A stretch of DNA of 64,000 nt from positions 1,728,001 through 1,792,000 of the forward strand of contig OZ257156.1 of NCBI GenBank assembly GCA_965279375.1, given 5' to 3'. A program made the position numbers and the translations under genes. A model generated the notes under the pieces. It made no database searches. It saw nothing but the letters and a program-made list of their open reading frames with translations, and was not told where the DNA came from. This DNA comes from Gemmatimonas sp. GTDB taxonomy: Bacteria; Gemmatimonadota; Gemmatimonadetes; Gemmatimonadales; Gemmatimonadaceae. Shown here in pieces: positions 61,917-64,000 of the stretch. The stretch's first letter is position 1, and the number at the start of each line of letters is the position of its first letter.

Positions 61917-62624
61917 ATGCCTCTTGCCCAGACCCCGCCCACCCCGCCCCCTGTGCCTGCCCCGCCATCCGTTCAGGGCGGCGCGGCGATCACCACCACG
62001 CAGCTGCAGCAGCGCCCGCTGACCAAGGCGGACGTCGATGCACTGCGGGCGCGACGCAACGAGCTCTCCAACCAGCTCAACTCCGCGCAGAACCGGCGGG
62101 ATGAGGCGGCCAAGGCGCTGTCCAAGAGCGAAGACGGTCCGGCGCGTGCGGGAATCGAGCAACGTCTCCAGGTGCTCGACCAACGCATTGTCCAGATCGA
62201 AACGGACATCGCGTCGAACGGAAGACAGCTTGCCGCGGCACCCGGCGCGTTGGTATCCAGCAGCGAGACCGCTCCGACGGAACGGTATGGACCGTTCAGC
62301 TCCGGGCAACTCACGGCGATCTCGATCGTGTCGATCGTGCTGATCTGGGCGCCGCTGGCCTTTGCCGGTGCCCGCGTGATGCTCAAGCGCTGGGCGCACC
62401 CCAAGCCGGCACCCCAGCTCATGGAGAACGCCGCGCGGCTGGAGCGGATGGAGCAGGCGGTGGACGCGGTCGCCATCGAGATCGAGCGCATCTCCGAAGG
62501 GCAGCGCTTCGTGACGCAGCTCATGGCCAAGCGCGCCGAGCCGATGGCGCTGAGCGAGGGAGCGGCACCGGCCGAGCCGATCAAGGTGGCCCAGCCGGAA
62601 CAGGTGTCCTTCGACCGTCGCTGA
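61917..62624 (+). CDS. Hypothetical protein: coiled coil, one TM, conserved-looking C-terminal helix
   Basis: Pro-rich start; heptad region; RLERMEQAVDAVAIEIERISEGQRFVTQLM. Confidence 0.7.
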   Translation: MPLAQTPPTPPPVPAPPSVQGGAAITTTQLQQRPLTKADVDALRARRNELSNQLNSAQNRRDEAAKALSKSEDGPARAGIEQRLQVLDQRIVQIETDIASNGRQLAAAPGALVSSSETAPTERYGPFSSGQLTAISIVSIVLIWAPLAFAGARVMLKRWAHPKPAPQLMENAARLERMEQAVDAVAIEIERISEGQRFVTQLMAKRAEPMALSEGAAPAEPIKVAQPEQVSFDRR

Positions 62625-62702
62625 CGCGAGAAGCGCTGACGCGAGAAGCGCTGACGCGAGAAGCGCTGACGCGAGAAGCGCTGACGCGAGAAGCGCTGAC
62701 GC
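62619..62702. repeat. 15-bp perfect tandem repeat (5 full copies + 9 bp)
   Basis: CGCTGACGCGAGAAG x5 then CGCTGACGC; complementary arm at 62710-62722. Confidence 0.95.
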
Positions 62703-62731
62703 CTTCAAGGCGTCAGCGACGGGGGCCTGCC

Positions 62732-64000
62732 TTACTGCATCGCCGCGCGGGCGGCGGTTGGCTTGAGGACCAGGTTCTCGATGAAGAACTCCATCATGCG
62801 ACCCTGCTGCAGGCCGGTATGACCGGCATCGGGCCCGACCTGCAGCTCGAACGACTTGCCCGCCTTCTGTAGCGCGGAGACGAGCTGCATGGTGTTGGAC
62901 GGATGCACGTTGTTGTCGGCGGTGCCGTAGTACAGCATCAGCCGCCCCTTGAGATCACCCGCGTACTTGGCCGCGCTGCCGATCTCGTAGCCCGGATTCT
63001 CCTGCGGAATCCACATGTAGCGCTCGGTGTAGATCGAGTCGTAGTTGCGCCAGTCGGTCACGCTGGACGACGCGCTGGCCGCCTGAAACACGTCCGGGTG
63101 GCGCAGCAGCGCCATCGCCGAGGCATAGCCGCCGTACGACGTGCCGAAGATGCCCACGCGCTGCAGGTCCACGTACGGCCGGTCCTTGAGCGCGCTCACG
63201 CCCGCCGCCTGATCGTCGATCTCCACCGTGCCGAGCTTCTGGTAGATCGCGTCCAGGAACTTCTTGCCGCGTCCCGCTGCACTGCGTGAGTCGAGCGACA
63301 GCACGATGAAGCCGTACTCCGCCAGCGCGCTTGGCGGCGCGAACGTCTCCCGCGCGCCGTTGGTGGCGGGGCCTGCGTACACCGTGACGAGCACCGGGTA
63401 CTTCTTGCTCGGATCGAAGTTGCTCGGCTTGGAGAGCAGACCGTGCAGCTCGGTCACGCCATCGGCCGCCTTGTACGTGTAGAGCTCCGCTGGCTTGAGC
63501 CCCAGTGCGGTGAACTTGCTGATGTCGCTCGTCGCCAGCTCGGCGACCTGCTTGCCCGTGGCATCGTGCAGGCGCGTGACCGGTGCCTTGTCGTGCGTCT
63601 GCGCGACGTCCACGAAGAACTTGCCGTCGGGCGAGAGCGAGATGGTGTGGTTGAACGCCGGATCGGTGAGGCGCTTGTCGTTCTTGCCATCGAGCGAGAC
63701 GCGATGCAGCTGCATCTTCATGTGGTTGTCGCCGTCGCGCGCCATGTACCACATCGTGTTCGTCTTCTCGTCCACCTTCACGATGTTCGCCACTTCGAAC
63801 GCGTGCTTGGTGATCGTGGAGATCAGCTTTCCGCTCAGATCGTAGAGGTAGAAATTTCGGAAACCCGAGCGCTCGGACGACCAGATGAAGCGCTGATTGT
63901 CGGCGAGGTACTGCTGCATCGGATGGTTATCCGTCCAGCTCGGGAGCCACTCCTCGCGCACCACCACGCGGCACGAGCCGTTGGCGGGATCGCACGCGGT
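62732..64000 (-). CDS. S9B dipeptidyl-peptidase IV family protein (5'-truncated by window)
   Basis: KKYPVLV.VYAGP, GTSYGG nucleophile, YDSIYTERYM, DNNVH, catalytic His in AGH. Confidence 0.92.
   Translation of the reverse strand, partial: TACDPANGSCRVVVREEWLPSWTDNHPMQQYLADNQRFIWSSERSGFRNFYLYDLSGKLISTITKHAFEVANIVKVDEKTNTMWYMARDGDNHMKMQLHRVSLDGKNDKRLTDPAFNHTISLSPDGKFFVDVAQTHDKAPVTRLHDATGKQVAELATSDISKFTALGLKPAELYTYKAADGVTELHGLLSKPSNFDPSKKYPVLVTVYAGPATNGARETFAPPSALAEYGFIVLSLDSRSAAGRGKKFLDAIYQKLGTVEIDDQAAGVSALKDRPYVDLQRVGIFGTSYGGYASAMALLRHPDVFQAASASSSVTDWRNYDSIYTERYMWIPQENPGYEIGSAAKYAGDLKGRLMLYYGTADNNVHPSNTMQLVSALQKAGKSFELQVGPDAGHTGLQQGRMMEFFIENLVLKPTAARAAMQ

Noticed and set aside
62619..62702. 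CRISPR array
   Set aside because: Units are 15 bp and contiguous with no spacers; no cas genes
61818..62708. Minus-strand ORF beginning MKASALLASALL...
   Set aside because: Translation of the VNTR running antisense to a better gene

Overview
GC-rich bacterial chromosome segment, probably Gemmatimonadota (inferred from the combination of SusC/SusD, a PEP-CTERM protein, barrel-less plug proteins and a group 2a hydrogenase; no marker gene is present). About 54 CDSs; no rRNA, tRNA, CRISPR, integrase or transposase was recognised. The main block (34.2-52.0 kb) is a complete group 2a (Huc/cyanobacterial uptake-type) [NiFe]-hydrogenase locus. It contains hucS/hucL, a maturation protease, hypABCDEF, a Ni transporter, NifU-Rieske, TPR and NHL accessory genes, a HucM/DUF1641-like protein with an internal duplication, and an embedded GAF-GAF kinase/NarL-type two-component system. 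Both rightward promoters of the locus share a 7-2-7 palindrome (TRRCATG-N2-CATGCCA) with a second element at identical spacing, the best candidate for an undescribed regulatory circuit. Other items: a His-lined beta-propeller operon (two Ig/LVIVD paralogues plus a YncE-like propeller, followed by a TBDR); an ECF sigma/Ser-Thr kinase/PEP-CTERM module with a shared TGACC-N18-CGCCA motif; a YqjI-like PadR gene whose promoter carries six operator-like 10-mers at an exact 12-bp period; a double-PAP2 lipoprotein with a degenerate first domain; and a 15-bp VNTR inside a hairpin arm. All product calls come from motif recognition by eye, not database searches.
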